In this document: positions 38,181 through 51,862 of the stretch, in pieces
How positions within the stretch are numbered: position 1 is the first letter of the stretch
Layout: each line of letters begins with the position of its first letter
Assembly: GCF_006345805.1 (NCBI RefSeq)
Contig: NC_042997.1
Coordinates: forward strand, 185,814,001-185,878,000
DNA from: Octopus sinensis
Taxonomy: Eukaryota
Reading direction: 5' to 3'
DNA length: 64,000 nt
Position numbers and translations under genes: made by a program
The notes under the pieces: generated by a model
The model's database searches: none
What the model was told of the DNA's origin: nothing
The model's input: the letters and a program-made list of their open reading frames with translations, nothing else

Positions 38181-38539
38181 TTATTATATAGTCACATTAT
38201 CTATAGTCATATCATTTCTTCAGAGAGATTATATTTTAGAGAGTAAAGAATAAATTACCAACATATTAATACAAGCATCAAATTGAAACCGTGAAATTTT
38301 TGCTGATTTCAGCATTTGAAATACTTGTAAAAACAAACTTCATGCACATTTCTTTTTTGTTTGTTTAAAAGCAAAGAGATTAACATTATTTAATAACGAG
38401 TATCACGAAATCATTGCCATAGGGATGGCATATGTGTGTGCGTTTGTGTATACATACATGCTTACATACATACATACATACATAAATACATACATACATA
38501 CATACACACACACACATATACATACTGTATATATATATA

Positions 38540-38584
38540 TGAAATAATGAAGGTACTAGACGCAATTTTTATGTACATATATAT

Positions 38585-38638
<54 letters not shown>

Positions 38639-38663
38639 TAAAAATTGCGTCTAGTACCTTCAT

Positions 38664-38670
<7 letters not shown>
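38540..38670. repeat. Perfect 38-bp inverted duplication around (TA)n
   Basis: tgaaataatgaaggtactagacgcaatttttatgtaca and its exact reverse complement. Confidence 0.9.
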
Positions 38671-38705
<35 letters not shown>

Positions 38706-38774
38706 GCACACACATGCATTTACATGCGCATACACATACACACACGCGCACATATATATATAATGCACACGAGA

Positions 38775-38990
38775 CTTTGTGGCAGCAAGCTGGCAGATTC
38801 GGTAGCACGTCAGACAAAATGCTTAGCAAATTTCTTCCGTCTTTAAAGTTCTCAGTTCGAATCCGCCAAGGTCGTCTTTGACTTTCATCTTCTCGAGGTC
38901 GACGAAATAAGTACGTTGTACACTACTGTCGATGTAATCGGCTCGCCCCTACCCCTCAGATTACAATCCTTGTGCATCCAATAGAAGGGA
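38775..38990 (+). mobile_element. SINE family A, diverged
   Basis: Head and core recognisable. Confidence 0.7.
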
Positions 38991-39580
38991 TATATATCCT
39001 TATATATAAATGCATACATATGTAAGCACGCACACGTGTGTGTATGTGTGTCTGTTGATAGAAACATGTGTGGAAAAGGATTCATGTACTGATTATAAAT
39101 GTAAATACTGTAATATTAGTGCCAACTCATTAAGAGAACATCAAGATCGTGCTCATTATTTTGTAGGTTAATTCGTTGGACATATTTTAACCCAAAGACA
39201 TTATTAGATTTCCGTGTAATAACAGTGAAGAGTGCTAGTAATAAGCGGCCGCTGGACATGAGCCAGATTTTAACATTAATATTTACCACACCCATAATTT
39301 ACCAGCCTAACCGAGCCCAACCCACACGCATCACATGTAATAGTATAGTTCTGTCGCTTGATTTATGCTCGGGGAAATCGCTCCGAATTAGCTGAGTGAC
39401 TTTTCCCCAACTGGTACGAAAGATTTAGATGACACAAACATCTGACAAAATGAGGCTAACTTCAACGAAGTTTTTCTCGTTATTTTCTTTTTAATTTTCC
39501 ATCAAAATTCTTATCCAGTATCAGGAATGCGGACTTATTCTAAACCAACAACAGCAACAAAATTAAGAAAATCAAACAGC

Positions 39581-39581
<1 letters not shown>

Positions 39582-39617
<36 letters not shown>

Positions 39618-39840
39618 TATTGTTGTCTTAGTAGTTGTTGTTGTTGTTGTCTTAGTAGTAGTTGTTGTTGTAGTCTTAGTAGTAGTTGTTGTTATTGTAG
39701 TCTTAGTAGTAGTTGTTGTTGTTGTAGTCTTTGTAGTAGTTGTTGTTGTTGTAGTCTTAGTAGTAGTTGTTGTTGTTGTAGTCTTAGTAGTAGTTGTTGT
39801 TGTTGTAGTCTTAGTAGTAGTTGTTGTTGCTGTTGTTGTT
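39582..39840. repeat. 27-bp minisatellite built from TAG/TTG triplets
   Basis: Unit gtcttagtagtagttgttgttgttgta repeated about 8 times. Confidence 0.9.
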
Positions 39841-40130
39841 GTTTTGTGGCGGCTCGTGTTGTTGTCATATGAACGACGATAACAACAACAATAATTCATT
39901 TTTTTTTTATCGTTTGATCTTTTTGTCACAGATGCATGAAATATTACAAAATAATAATAATGATAATAATAATAATAATAACACAAGGAAAGGAGTGTGG
40001 GGTTAGAAAGTATACAAGATATGAATACAAGATAAACACACATACATATGTGTGCATGTGTATATGTATAAATGTATGCTTGTGTCTATATGTATGTTTC
40101 TATACATAATGTATGTATATTTACATATAC

Positions 40131-40161
<31 letters not shown>

Positions 40162-40718
40162 TGTATGTATGCATGTACGTACGTGTGTGTGTAGATATAA
40201 GGATTAACAGCTACGTTGCAAAGAATATTACAAAAAGAGTGACAAGCGCACAAGAAAATATAGACGAAAAACGTAAGTATAACGCTATCGGACGAGCAAG
40301 ATGTGATCCCTTCATCAACTGCCCAGTAGAAATCATCGCAATTTCAGTACCTAAGGTACTATTGTTTATCCAGTGTTGCTCCTAGCTAATTAAGTTACAA
40401 GGATGCAGTGAGGGTGCACGTAAAAAGAAAAGCAGAAATGCAAAAGGTAAAAAAAAATAAAACTACATTTGTCTTTCGATCGGTGTATTAGATAGTGTAA
40501 TGTACGAAGTGAATGAACAATATTGCCACAGGAGCTGAAATTGTGATAACTGCCAATTGGCAACTGAAGAAGGAATCCGATTGCTATATTTTCATTTTTA
40601 CTGTTTATATCCTCATTCATTCACATACATTCAAATACATTACAGATAGATACATGCAAACATGCATGCATACGTACATACATACATACATACATACATA
40701 CATACATACATACATACA

Positions 40719-40750
<32 letters not shown>

Positions 40751-41291
40751 ATAAACCACACTTTGCTAGAGGTAATATCCATTCATAATTAGAAGGAATA
40801 CTGGTGGAATATCCTTGTGAAAACTTCATTAAAATATAAATATAATATACTTGACATAGTGATTTGGGATAGAGAAGTAAAAACCAGCTGCCCAGCGGAT
40901 GTTAGCATAAAGCTAAAGATTAGCGAAAAAGAAAATAGCTACGCTGTATAATTGATAAGTCTTCAGCTATTCTACACAGATTACAAGTTCAGGTATATAC
41001 CTGTAATTACTGGGCACTGTTATATGAAACACACTACCTAAGTACCAATCTTCAGAAATGAGGTTTCTTTAAATCAGAAAGGAGAAAGCTGATTCGAAAG
41101 TTGATTCGAAGATCCAAACTATCTCTGGAACATCAAAAATTTGTAAAAATGGAGCTTTAATAATTTGCGATACAGCATTGTGTATATATAATACGAAGTA
41201 AATTCTTATCTAGTGTGCATGCATACATACCTGCATACCTACATACATACATACATACATACATACATACATACATACATACATACATACA

Positions 41292-41324
<33 letters not shown>

Positions 41325-41677
41325 GCATGCGTGCATATATACATACATATATGCATGCGTGCATATATACATACATATATGCATTCGAATTGACAAGCGG
41401 AAGAAAACTGTATCCAATACATTTGTTCATTTATTTGAAATGGTTGCTTACTAACAGCAGCTTCTCTGATTTTTTCACTACGTGCAATCTTTCAAACGAC
41501 AAAATATGCACCAACCAAGTATTCAGCTCTATTTAGTCAACGAAGATTTATGATTTTACCATAATGTTAGGATTCATTTTATGTTTGCTATGATTGAAGA
41601 GTGTTTCATATTTATAAAATAAACGCAGGAGATTTTCTGTGAGGAATATTAATGACGTTTGATTTATATAATTTAAT

Positions 41678-42120
41678 TTACTCTTTCACTCTTTTACTTC
41701 TTTCAGTCATTTGAATATGGTCATACTGGAGCACCGCCTTTAGTCGAGCAAATCGACCCCAAATCTTATTCTTTGTAAGCCTAGTAATTATTCTGTTGGT
41801 CTCTTTTGCCGAACCGCTAAGTTACGGGGACGTAAACACACCAGCATCGGTTGTCAAGCGATGTTGGGAGGACAAACACAGACACACAAACGTACACACA
41901 CACACACACACACACACATACACACACACATATATATAAATATATATGTATATACGACGGGCTTCATTCAGTTTCCGTCTACTAAATCCACTCACAAGGC
42001 TTTGGTCGGCCCGAGGCTACAGTAGAATACACTTGCCCATGGTGCCACGCAGTGAGACTGAACCCGGAACCCCGTTGTTCGTAAGCAAGCTACTTACCTC
42101 ACAGACACTCCTACGCCTAT
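41678..42120 (-). mobile_element. SINE family B, full length
   Basis: Complete reverse copy. Confidence 0.9.
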
Positions 42121-44253
42121 GGATATTGGGTATTTTTGTTATTGGATATTTTTGCACTGACTTGACGACGGAGTTTTCCCAATATTACATAGTTAATTCA
42201 TTATGTAATGTATTGAGTTAGACATTTCTTTTGCATGTTGCCATTACTAATATAATGTCACATCTCATGCTTTTGCTGATTAGATTGTCCTTAGTCTTCA
42301 TTTGTCAGGCAATTGTTATATAATTAGTCTTCGGTTCCATGTCAAGTGTTGCGTATAAGTAATTTTCTTTTAATAAACGCATCGAAAGAAATACTTGCTT
42401 CCAAAGAGTTAAAATGTTAAAGAACCTAATGCTTTCCATCTCGTCACATATAAACGGAACCAACCTAAATGTCTTCCAAAAGCTATGGAGATAAAACATT
42501 CTGACTCCCTTCGTGAAATGTTGACACCAATTTAAATAAGTAATGGAAATATACGAATAATTTCCCAGACAAGAAAATAAAAAATAAAAGTAGAATGGTA
42601 AAATATAATGTAACTAAGAAACATTCTAAACAAATTTAATGTGTTCTGTTCATTCTAACTTAAATTTAGCTTCTAATAAATATTGCTATCTTCTTGGAAA
42701 CTACATTTGTTTGACACCTTGTCTTATCGTGATTACTTGGGGACTAAGGTTTAGTTTCCCATTCTCCGAGGGAAAGTGTTTGCTGATAAGAAAGCTATGC
42801 TATTAGTAGTAACCAATGATATACATATTTTTTAATCTTGTTACGTTTCTTAGCTTTGGCATAGAAAAATGGTTTAGAATTGATTAGAGAAAAGAATATA
42901 ATGATTGTGAGAAAGCTAATTCTTTACAGCAGCTCTCTCGTTATTTCTGTGAGGTCACACCATAAACAACTAGAGACTATAGGTAGGAAGAGGATGAGAT
43001 TCGAGAAAATCTGCTTATCAGAAACAATATTTGGAGGAAAAAAATCAATATAATATAAATAAAAAATAACAAAAGCAGATTTATATGCCTATGTTAAGGT
43101 TTATATAGTTAGGTGCAAGATTCCTATTAGACTCAAACAAAGAATCACGAAATATCGAGTGTCTGTGTAAGGAACAAAGAAATAAGAATGCAATGTAGTG
43201 AATGATAATCTGAACTTTAGAACAAAAGGAAGACGAATAACAAAAATCGATGCATCTTAGGATTGAGTTATCATATGTAGATTCTGTACTAAAGCTACAG
43301 ATGAAGAAGTGTTTAGATTAATCATAGGAGTGGTGATAGGTGATTTGCTTTAGTCATATGTTCATGAATGCTATTCTGTTCGATCCTCAGTTGCAAATAT
43401 TTTACAATATAAGATTCATTCAGAAAAATATCGAGGCTTCCTATCCTTAAATATCTAGAATATCTCATATTTCATATTTGCATATGTGATCAAGAATTTG
43501 AAGCATCGTTCGACATCATTCAGTAACATAATTAAGTTGTTTCTTTAGCCTATGGTTTACTTAACGAATCGGTTAACTTTCAGGATACAGTGCTGTTATT
43601 GCTGTTGCCTAGTGCCAGATGCGGAATAGTCGATCAGACATTTAGTGTAAGATGAGGACAAAGGTAGATTTTGATTTAGGTGACTGCTATATCTAGCTGG
43701 CTGGTCATTTACTTACAACACCCTGTTTTGAGCTATGTTTTATTTAATGCATGAAAAATCACTAGGACCCTGATATAATGTGATATATAAATATATAAAT
43801 AAATATACAAAACTATGTGTGTATGTATTTTTCACGTTTTGGTATCAGGCCAATGGAAAGCTTTCTAATTTAATGTAAACAAACTAAGTACCTTTATACT
43901 ATTTTGCATGCGTTTTAGTGATGCCTAACAAGAGGCATATATTATGCATAAATCGCATTAAATATTCAATGGTTACTTCATTATTCCTTGATTAAAATTC
44001 TAAATGATATATCTATCTTTACAACTCAGAAATATATATATACATTAGCATATATATATATACATTAGCAACCCAAAATAACTCTAAAATCACTTCTTTT
44101 GTGCTTTTAATTCATTATTCTTAACTTGATGCTTTATCTTTCCTCAGGCTAGCACTCAGATCTCGTTTCTGTAGTGTTAAGCAACTAAGGAGACGTCACT
44201 AGAATGTAAGAATGTTAACCTTCAAGAAAGAACACAGTTCTGATTGATGTTTC

Positions 44254-44289
<36 letters not shown>

Positions 44290-44290
<1 letters not shown>

Positions 44291-44583
44291 GAGGCGCAAT
44301 GGCCCAGTGGTTAGGGCAACGGACTCACGGTCGTAGGATCGCGGTTTCGATCGCCTTGTGAGTGTTTATTGAGCGAAAACACCTAAAACCTCCACGACGC
44401 TCCGGCAGGGGGTGGTGATCCTTGCTGTACTCTTTCACCACTCTTTCTCTCACTCTTTCTTCTGTTGGCCTGCTCGCTTAGCCAGCGGGGTGGCGTCATT
44501 CAAAGGCTAAAACAATGCGAACGCATTGTGACCAGCGATGTGTAACAACATCTGATGGTCTGGTCGGTCACGTGGTCACGTGA
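44290..44583 (+). mobile_element. tRNA-derived SINE, family C, tail C1
   Basis: A-box tggcccagtgg, B-box-like ggtttcgatc, tail tggtcggtcacgtggtcacgtga. Confidence 0.88.
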
Positions 44584-45949
44584 TATATATATATATATAT
44601 ATACATAGACATTCACACATATATACAAATATATATGTATGTATGTATTTTTGCATGTATATATTTAAGCGGTCACCGTGTATTGACTAAAGAAAATTGT
44701 CCCCAGTACTTGACTGTTTTCTTTAGTCTATACATAATGATCACTTATAAGCTTTAAGCTTATAAATATTATTAATATATATATATACACATATATATCA
44801 CCGTGTTCCAATCCATGAAACCATTGGAAGGGCCTCAATATGCTTTGTCTCCCTTTAGCATCTTGAAGGTAGGAAATTACGAATCGAACTTCCCAGCTTA
44901 GCCTTTACCGTGCTTGGAGGACATAAGTCAAACTTTACTGCGCTTGGAAGACTTAAGTCCAGTAATTTGGAACTAACAAACCCAGTGCTTCTAGCAGTGA
45001 ACTGTGCTTATCCCTGATAATTACGTACAGTTGGGTCCGCAAATTTTTTGCGGCTTAAGAGACTTCGCGATGCTAGAAGCAACAATCCCTCGCCAGTAAT
45101 GAGATAGGAACCATCGATTTCTTAGTCATCAGGCAACAACTTACTTTCGCTAGATCAACTGAGCTAATATCTTATATGAAGTTAATTACACCACAAGCGC
45201 AACACTAACAATTTAGATAGAATATCAGCAATCATATAAAATCGTTTGAAGTCTTCTGATATATAATATGCTTCCTTTCACTGATTCTACCCGTATCCCA
45301 ATGGAACGGATTATTCGTTCGGCATAGCCGAGCTTTCATTAAAATACCCTCAGATATGATGCAGGCTACAATGCAAAAGTATTTTTATTAGAACTAAAAT
45401 AGATAAGTCGAAATAGGTTTTATTAATATAGAATGAAGAAATGAAATTTAAAAAAAAATAATAAATAAATTCTCAAGAAAGAACTTTTGTTTTTAATATT
45501 CTAAAAGAAATTGAGGAATTTATAGTAAATTGAAGAAATGGTACTCTTTGTATTACCACACCCAAACGCATATAAGTATGTATTATATTTTCACATACAT
45601 TGGTAGCAATAATATATGTGCTTGTAAGCATGTATGCGTGTTCGTATATGCATATTTAATATGTATCAACGTATATGCATGTGTATTTCATTTTGCATGT
45701 ATGCATGTATACATATTAATTTAAAGTAATATCGGGTAGAAAATTCAATGTAAAAGATATCAAAAGAGAACAACTTATTATGGAGCCCAGTGTGGCAGAA
45801 AAAGATATTATTATTGTAGAAAGTGTAGCAGTGCAGCAGTAAAACTTCAGATATTGCAATTTTCTTTTTAGCTGAACACATACATACATGCGTCCAAACA
45901 CACACACGTATATTATTATATATATATATATATATATATTGTGTATGTA

Positions 45950-46004
<55 letters not shown>

Positions 46005-46136
46005 TACATAGACGTGCATATATATGTATATGTATACATATATATATACATACATACATGCATACATATAGATATTTACATATATACATATACATATACA
46101 TGTTATACATACACACACACACACACCACATATATA

Positions 46137-46189
<53 letters not shown>

Positions 46190-46289
46190 CATTCTTGTGT
46201 ATAGACATGCGGTGTAAGTTTATATAATGTATATGTGTGTTTCTTGTGTTATATTTGTGTATATGGAAGCAACATATATTGGCATGCAG

Positions 46290-46330
<41 letters not shown>

Positions 46331-46744
46331 ATGCATGTATTGCATGCCTGTGTGAGTGTTCACTGTCGCTTTGTAAATATGCATATAAAACATTTGATGT
46401 AACATAATTGAATGAAATAGTTTTATATTAAACTCTATTGATAGCTGTGATGGGTGTGCTTTATACTTGACTTTCTTGCTATTATTAATACTGTTTACTT
46501 TCTTGGCCTTTTATATTCTTTCTAATTTAACTTTATATGCTGCATGTTGCATTTTCTATCGGACTATCAGCGGTTCAATCTACGTCTGACCTTTCTACTA
46601 AACTCTGCCAGTTTAATATACCTATTGTAGTGAAGTTACTGCTCGAAAACTACCATACACTTTGCCAATCTCCTTACTTCCTTCGCCCATTCGTGTATCA
46701 TTCGTGTATTATGTTTATCATAAGTAACATTTTTTTACCTCTAA

Positions 46745-47128
46745 TATTGGTTTCAAATTTTGGTACAAGGTCAGCAAGATTGGAGAAGGAATGAGTCGAT
46801 TTCATCGACCCCAGTACTCAACTGGTACTTATTTTATCAATCTTGGAAGAGGTGATAGGCAAAGTTGACCTCGGCGGCACATTTGCTGTTAATATTAATG
46901 TGCCTGAAGGCTATGAGCTGGAAGAATTCTTAGCACGCCTGGTAAAATGCTAAGCCACATTTCGTCCGTCTTTCCGTTCTGAGTTCAAATGCCGCCGAGG
47001 TCGACTTTGCTTTAAATCTTTTTGGTGTTGATGAAATAAGTACCAGTTAAAACACTGGGGTCGATGTAACCAACTTAGCTTCTGCCTCCGAAATTGCTAA
47101 CCTTTGTGCCAAAATTTGAAACCATTAT
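46745..47128. mobile_element. Head-to-head pair of family A SINEs (minus partial about 46745-46875, plus about 46905-47128)
   Basis: Both carry the core and the type 3 tail (gtgccaaaatttgaaacc). Confidence 0.8.
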
Positions 47129-47444
47129 CCATACGCATCCGGTTGTGCATGTGTTTCATGGTTGCAGGTTTCTAAACCCACCTATCTATATTTGTTAAAT
47201 TACTTATAAAAAAGTTATTTATTAAATTTCTTTTAAGAATCGTTTTGTAGGTTGTGGCTGAAGATTCTGATTCTTGATTATCTGTTTCTTTACTAGGCAA
47301 TTTGTTGATGAACAACAGATATAAACTATAATTTGAACGAATGAGTTTGTTACAAATGGCCTAAATTTTTGACATAATAATGGTTAAACGGCGAGCCGGC
47401 AGAATCCTTAGCATGCTGAATGAAATGCTTAGCGGTACGACGAT

Positions 47445-47745
47445 GAGTGTTCTGGTTGATTCGATCAACCGAACATCCTGCTGATCACCTTATTGCCCAA
47501 GAGGCTGTGCATTCCACGAAAACGCGTTCCCTTAACATATTTCTAAGTGGGGTCCAGCGTGACACAGTTTGTGACAAGGCTGGCCCCTTGAATTATAGGT
47601 ACAACCCGTTTTTGCTAACTCAGTGGTCTAGAGCAACGGGAAATAAAGTATCTCGCTCATGGACACAGCATGCCGTCGAGAATCGAACTTGTAACCTTAC
47701 GATCGTGATCCTTATATCCAAACCACTAAACAACGCACCTTCACA
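47445..47745 (-). mobile_element. tRNA-derived SINE, family D
   Basis: Reverse head (gtgcgttgtttagtggttt..caagttcgattctc), CORE-like gtgtccatgagcgagatactt and a distinct tail. Confidence 0.7.
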
Positions 47746-47759
47746 ACATAGAAACCTAC

Positions 47760-47929
47760 CGACGGGGTGATTTCGGTTCTTGGTTTGTATTCTTAATGCA
47801 TTAGTCGGTTTAGCGCCACCAACAGGTACTTCAGTACCTTCAACAAAGTATGATCCGTTGTAAGCATTCAAGCCAGGTCCCCCGTCTAAACACAATACCT
47901 CGGCACTAGAAAGTGCCATTAGTACTGAT
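47760..47929 (-). CDS. Candidate internal coding exon, product unknown
   Basis: Unique, stop-free island (SVLMALSSAEVLCLDGGPGLNAYNGSYFVEGTEVPVGGAKPTNALRIQTKNRNHPV) between two SINEs, with a g|gtaggt donor. The acceptor position is uncertain. Confidence 0.3.
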
Positions 47930-47954
47930 CTGTTTTTCCTTATCATACATAGTT

Positions 47955-48170
47955 AAAAGGCGGTGAGTTGGCAGAATCTTTAGCACACCGGGTAAAAAGC
48001 TTAGCAGCATTTCGTCTGTCTTTACGTTCTGAGTTCAAATCTGTCCAGGTCGACTTTGCTTTTCATCCTTTCATGGGCGATAAAATAAGTACCAGTTGAA
48101 CGTGGGAGTCTGTAACCGACTCACTCATTCACCCAAAATGTCTGGCCTTGTGCCAAAGTTTGAAACTATT
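47955..48170 (+). mobile_element. SINE family A, tail type 3
   Basis: Head, core and tail ggccttgtgccaaagtttgaaac. Confidence 0.85.
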
Positions 48171-48803
48171 AATATACATAGTTTTCAACTATCAATAACC
48201 ACGCCTCGGACAACACTCATTCGGGACCTTTCTATCTTTTTCACATGCACAGAGCGGATGGGACTACATTAATTAATCTTTAACATTATCACCTGTTTTA
48301 AGTTCGTACGTTGTGATCTGTTAGATATGGGGTGCTATGTCGAAGAGCGAAAGTCTCCGTATAATCTTTATATGGCGGTATAGCAAAAGAACTTAATTTA
48401 AAGATAGTAAAACAATGATCGGAGTGGAATGAACTGGGTTTACTCCATCGGATATGCAACGTGAATTTTTGAGAAAAGCTGGTCGGAACAGTTGAGTTAC
48501 TCCTAGTTCCACCTAACCGATCAACAAACAGAAGTTTAATGCCGCGAGCGTGTGTGTGCGTGAGTGTCTTAAAGATAAGGTTGATTACACGATAGTAAGG
48601 TCTTCTGTTCTGTATCTTTGTCTTACTAGGTTTCTCAGCGCCCGATGTGAATTCTGTGATCCAGTCTTGACTGTATTACTCATGAAGAGATTTTGCTATG
48701 GGGTATTTTCAGTACGAAGCAGCAAGGAATGCAGCATCGTGTCGGAAGCCCTTGTACAATAACTAGAGGCCAAAATTTATACATACATCTATATATACAT
48801 ACT

Positions 48804-48847
<44 letters not shown>

Positions 48848-49149
48848 CATACGTACATACATATATATATATATATATATTGTAGTAGTAATGAAGTCAG
48901 ACCGAATACTGATATTTTGAAATATTTTGTACGTTTCACGTTTACGTAATATGTAATAGGAAATGCACCATTTCTCAGTCAAAGCATTTTTAAAACCCGT
49001 TAGTTGAAGTGTAAGCTTCAGGTCATGCAAATTTTACAAGGCCTTTGCATCTACACTCTGCATTATAAACCGTTAGGAAATATTGTGTTGTTATTCTCAA
49101 GCTAGCTTTAAAATAATATCCCCACTTTCACCACCACTCACTTTCTCCA

Positions 49150-49162
49150 TCTATCCATAGAT

Positions 49163-49220
<58 letters not shown>
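49150..49220. repeat. (GATA)n
   Basis: Direct inspection. Confidence 0.95.
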
Positions 49221-49240
<20 letters not shown>

Positions 49241-49828
49241 TCTGCACCTTGCAACATAAATTTCCGTGGGCTCGTAGCACTAGCTAGGTTCATTTTACAA
49301 GCCCGCTAAACACTGGGATGCATGGAATTGAGTCTAACTGTTATTATGTAATAAAATAATGTATGTAACTGCGGCCTAATGTTTTGAGCGCCACTTTTGT
49401 TTGTCCACTCATTTATATCTATGAATATAGATGAGTGGTCCAGTGTTAAGGGTATTGCACTCACGATCATCTAGCGATCGCTGGTTAGATTCCTAAACCG
49501 ATCGGCGCTTTGTGTCTTTGAGCAAAACATTTCCTTCCACGTTGCCCCAGTCCACACACGAGTAAATGGGTAACCCTGCAACTGACAAGCCTACCGATCT
49601 TCTCGCCAAGCCGGTCTTATGTGATTGCCTTTCTAAAGCGGCTAGAAATGGCTTCTCCTTGAGCTAGTTACAAATTAAAGGAGAAATGAAAAGGCAAATG
49701 GTTTGGCAAGATTTGGTAAGGACGTTTAATTTAGCTAAACAATACTAAAATCCGAGGCTATAGTAGAAGACACCAGAACCATGTGTTGGAAAGAAAGGTT
49801 TTTACCACAGTCAGCACAGTATCTATCT

Positions 49829-49891
<63 letters not shown>

Positions 49892-49914
49892 CTCTATATA
49901 TAATATATATTATA

Positions 49915-49950
<36 letters not shown>

Positions 49951-50276
49951 TGATGAAACAAACCAATCGTAAACGGATTTAATTTTATTTAATAAGTTCG
50001 ATTGCGTAAAATTGTTGAAACCTTGCAGGGTACAAAATTGGAAAGGATAAATGTTTTTATTTCTCCTTTAGCTTTCAGAATTACTACTATTTTTACGGTT
50101 TGAGTTTTGGCTGCTCTTTTCAAGTGAGTCGAACGACCTGTAAGGGTCTTTCTTTAATATTTTGTTGAATATATTATATAGTCTGTGGCTATTTCTATTT
50201 TCTCACTTGACCGCTGGTTGCAGAAAATTTTTCTTGAATTTTTTCTTGAATATTTTTGCTACCCTATATTGATAAA

Positions 50277-50320
<44 letters not shown>

Positions 50321-50344
50321 GCTATCTATCTATCTATATATCTA

Positions 50345-50612
50345 TAGAGTGGATTTGGTAGACGGAAACTGAAAGAAGCCCGTTGTATATATGTATATAT
50401 ATATGCGTGTGTGTGTTTGTGTGTCAGTGTTTGTCCCCCCCCCCGGTGTGTTTATGTCCCCGTTACTTAGCGGTTCGGCAAAAGAGACCGATAGAATAAG
50501 TACTGGGCTTACAAAAAAATAAGTCCCGGAGTCGAGATGCTCGATTAAAGGCGGTGCTCCAGCATAGCCGCAGTCAAATGACTGAAACAAGTAAAAGAGA
50601 AAGAGAGAAAAA
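50345..50612 (+). mobile_element. SINE family B, 5'-truncated
   Basis: gagtggatttggtagacggaaactgaaagaagccc to tail ctgaaacaagtaaaagag. Confidence 0.88.
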
Positions 50613-50626
50613 ATATATATATATTG

Positions 50627-50687
<61 letters not shown>

Positions 50688-50708
50688 ATAATATATATTA
50701 TATATATA

Positions 50709-51862
50709 GGATCTTTCCTTTTGATGGACGGAATTTTCTAGTTAACTAAACAATTTGAAACTTCGTATACTGGTAGAATGTGTCAAAAGAAAACATTATT
50801 TTCACTGGCTTTTTTGAGAAAATTGTAATTTGTAAGTTTAACGTAGTTTAATTCTTCGAATTTTAACCAATGAAATGCCAGCATTTGAGCTGAAATCATT
50901 TGCTGCGTTATCGATATTGATAAACAAACGAGAGACGCAGGCCGCATACACACACACACACATATATTCAGATACATACACACACATACGCACACAAGCA
51001 TACATGCACGTTTGTGAGTTCGCACTGGTGTCGATAGAATCGACTTCATACTTTTGTATCTCATGCTTTGTCCCCTCTGTGTTTTGCCCCTTGCCGGAAC
51101 AAATTTACACAAAAGGTAAATAAACCAGAAGGAGGGGGTCAATGTTTCATCGTTTCGGGGTCGATAAATTAAGTACCAATTACGCACTGGTGTCGAGGAT
51201 TTTTTCCAATTTATATCACAGCCTCCGACAAGCTGGGGCATCCTTTTATGAATAAATATTTCGCAAATTTTTACAATACAACCCACACTCCGAGCGTACC
51301 CTCATATCCCACTCTAGACCGATTTAGGCATATTATTGTTTTGTTTTTGTTGTTTTTGGCCCTTCAAAACCATGGGAGAAGCCTTTTTGGTAAAAAAAAA
51401 TAAAGAAAATATTCAAAAAATATCGTTAATATTTTTATTGGTTTATTTACCTTTTGTGTAAATTTTTTCCGGCAAGGGGCAAAACACAGAGGGGACAAAG
51501 CATGAGATACAAAAGTATTAAGTCGATTCTATCGACCCCAGTGCGAACTCACGAACGTGTATGTATGCTTGTGTGCGTATGTGTGTGTATGTATCTGAAT
51601 ATATGTGTGTGTGTGTGTGTATGCGGCCTGCGTCTCTCGTTTGTTTATCAATATCGATAACGCAGTAAATGATTTCAGCTCAAATGCTGGCATTTCATTG
51701 GTTAAAATTCGAAGAATTAAACTACGTTAAACTTACAAATTACAATTTTTTTCAAAAAAACCAAGTGAAAATAATGTTTTCTTTTGACACATTCTACCAG
51801 TATACGAAGTTTCATATTGTTTAGTTAACTAGAAAATTCCGTCCATCAAAAGGAAAAAATCC
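50709..51862. repeat. Long inverted repeat, about 420-bp arms with a 310-bp spacer, flanked by TA
   Basis: 50709-51127 is the reverse complement of 51439-51862 with few mismatches. Confidence 0.9.

Noticed and set aside
44290-44365. tRNA gene
   Set aside because: A and B boxes are present, but the sequence runs into a SINE body and has no intact acceptor stem.
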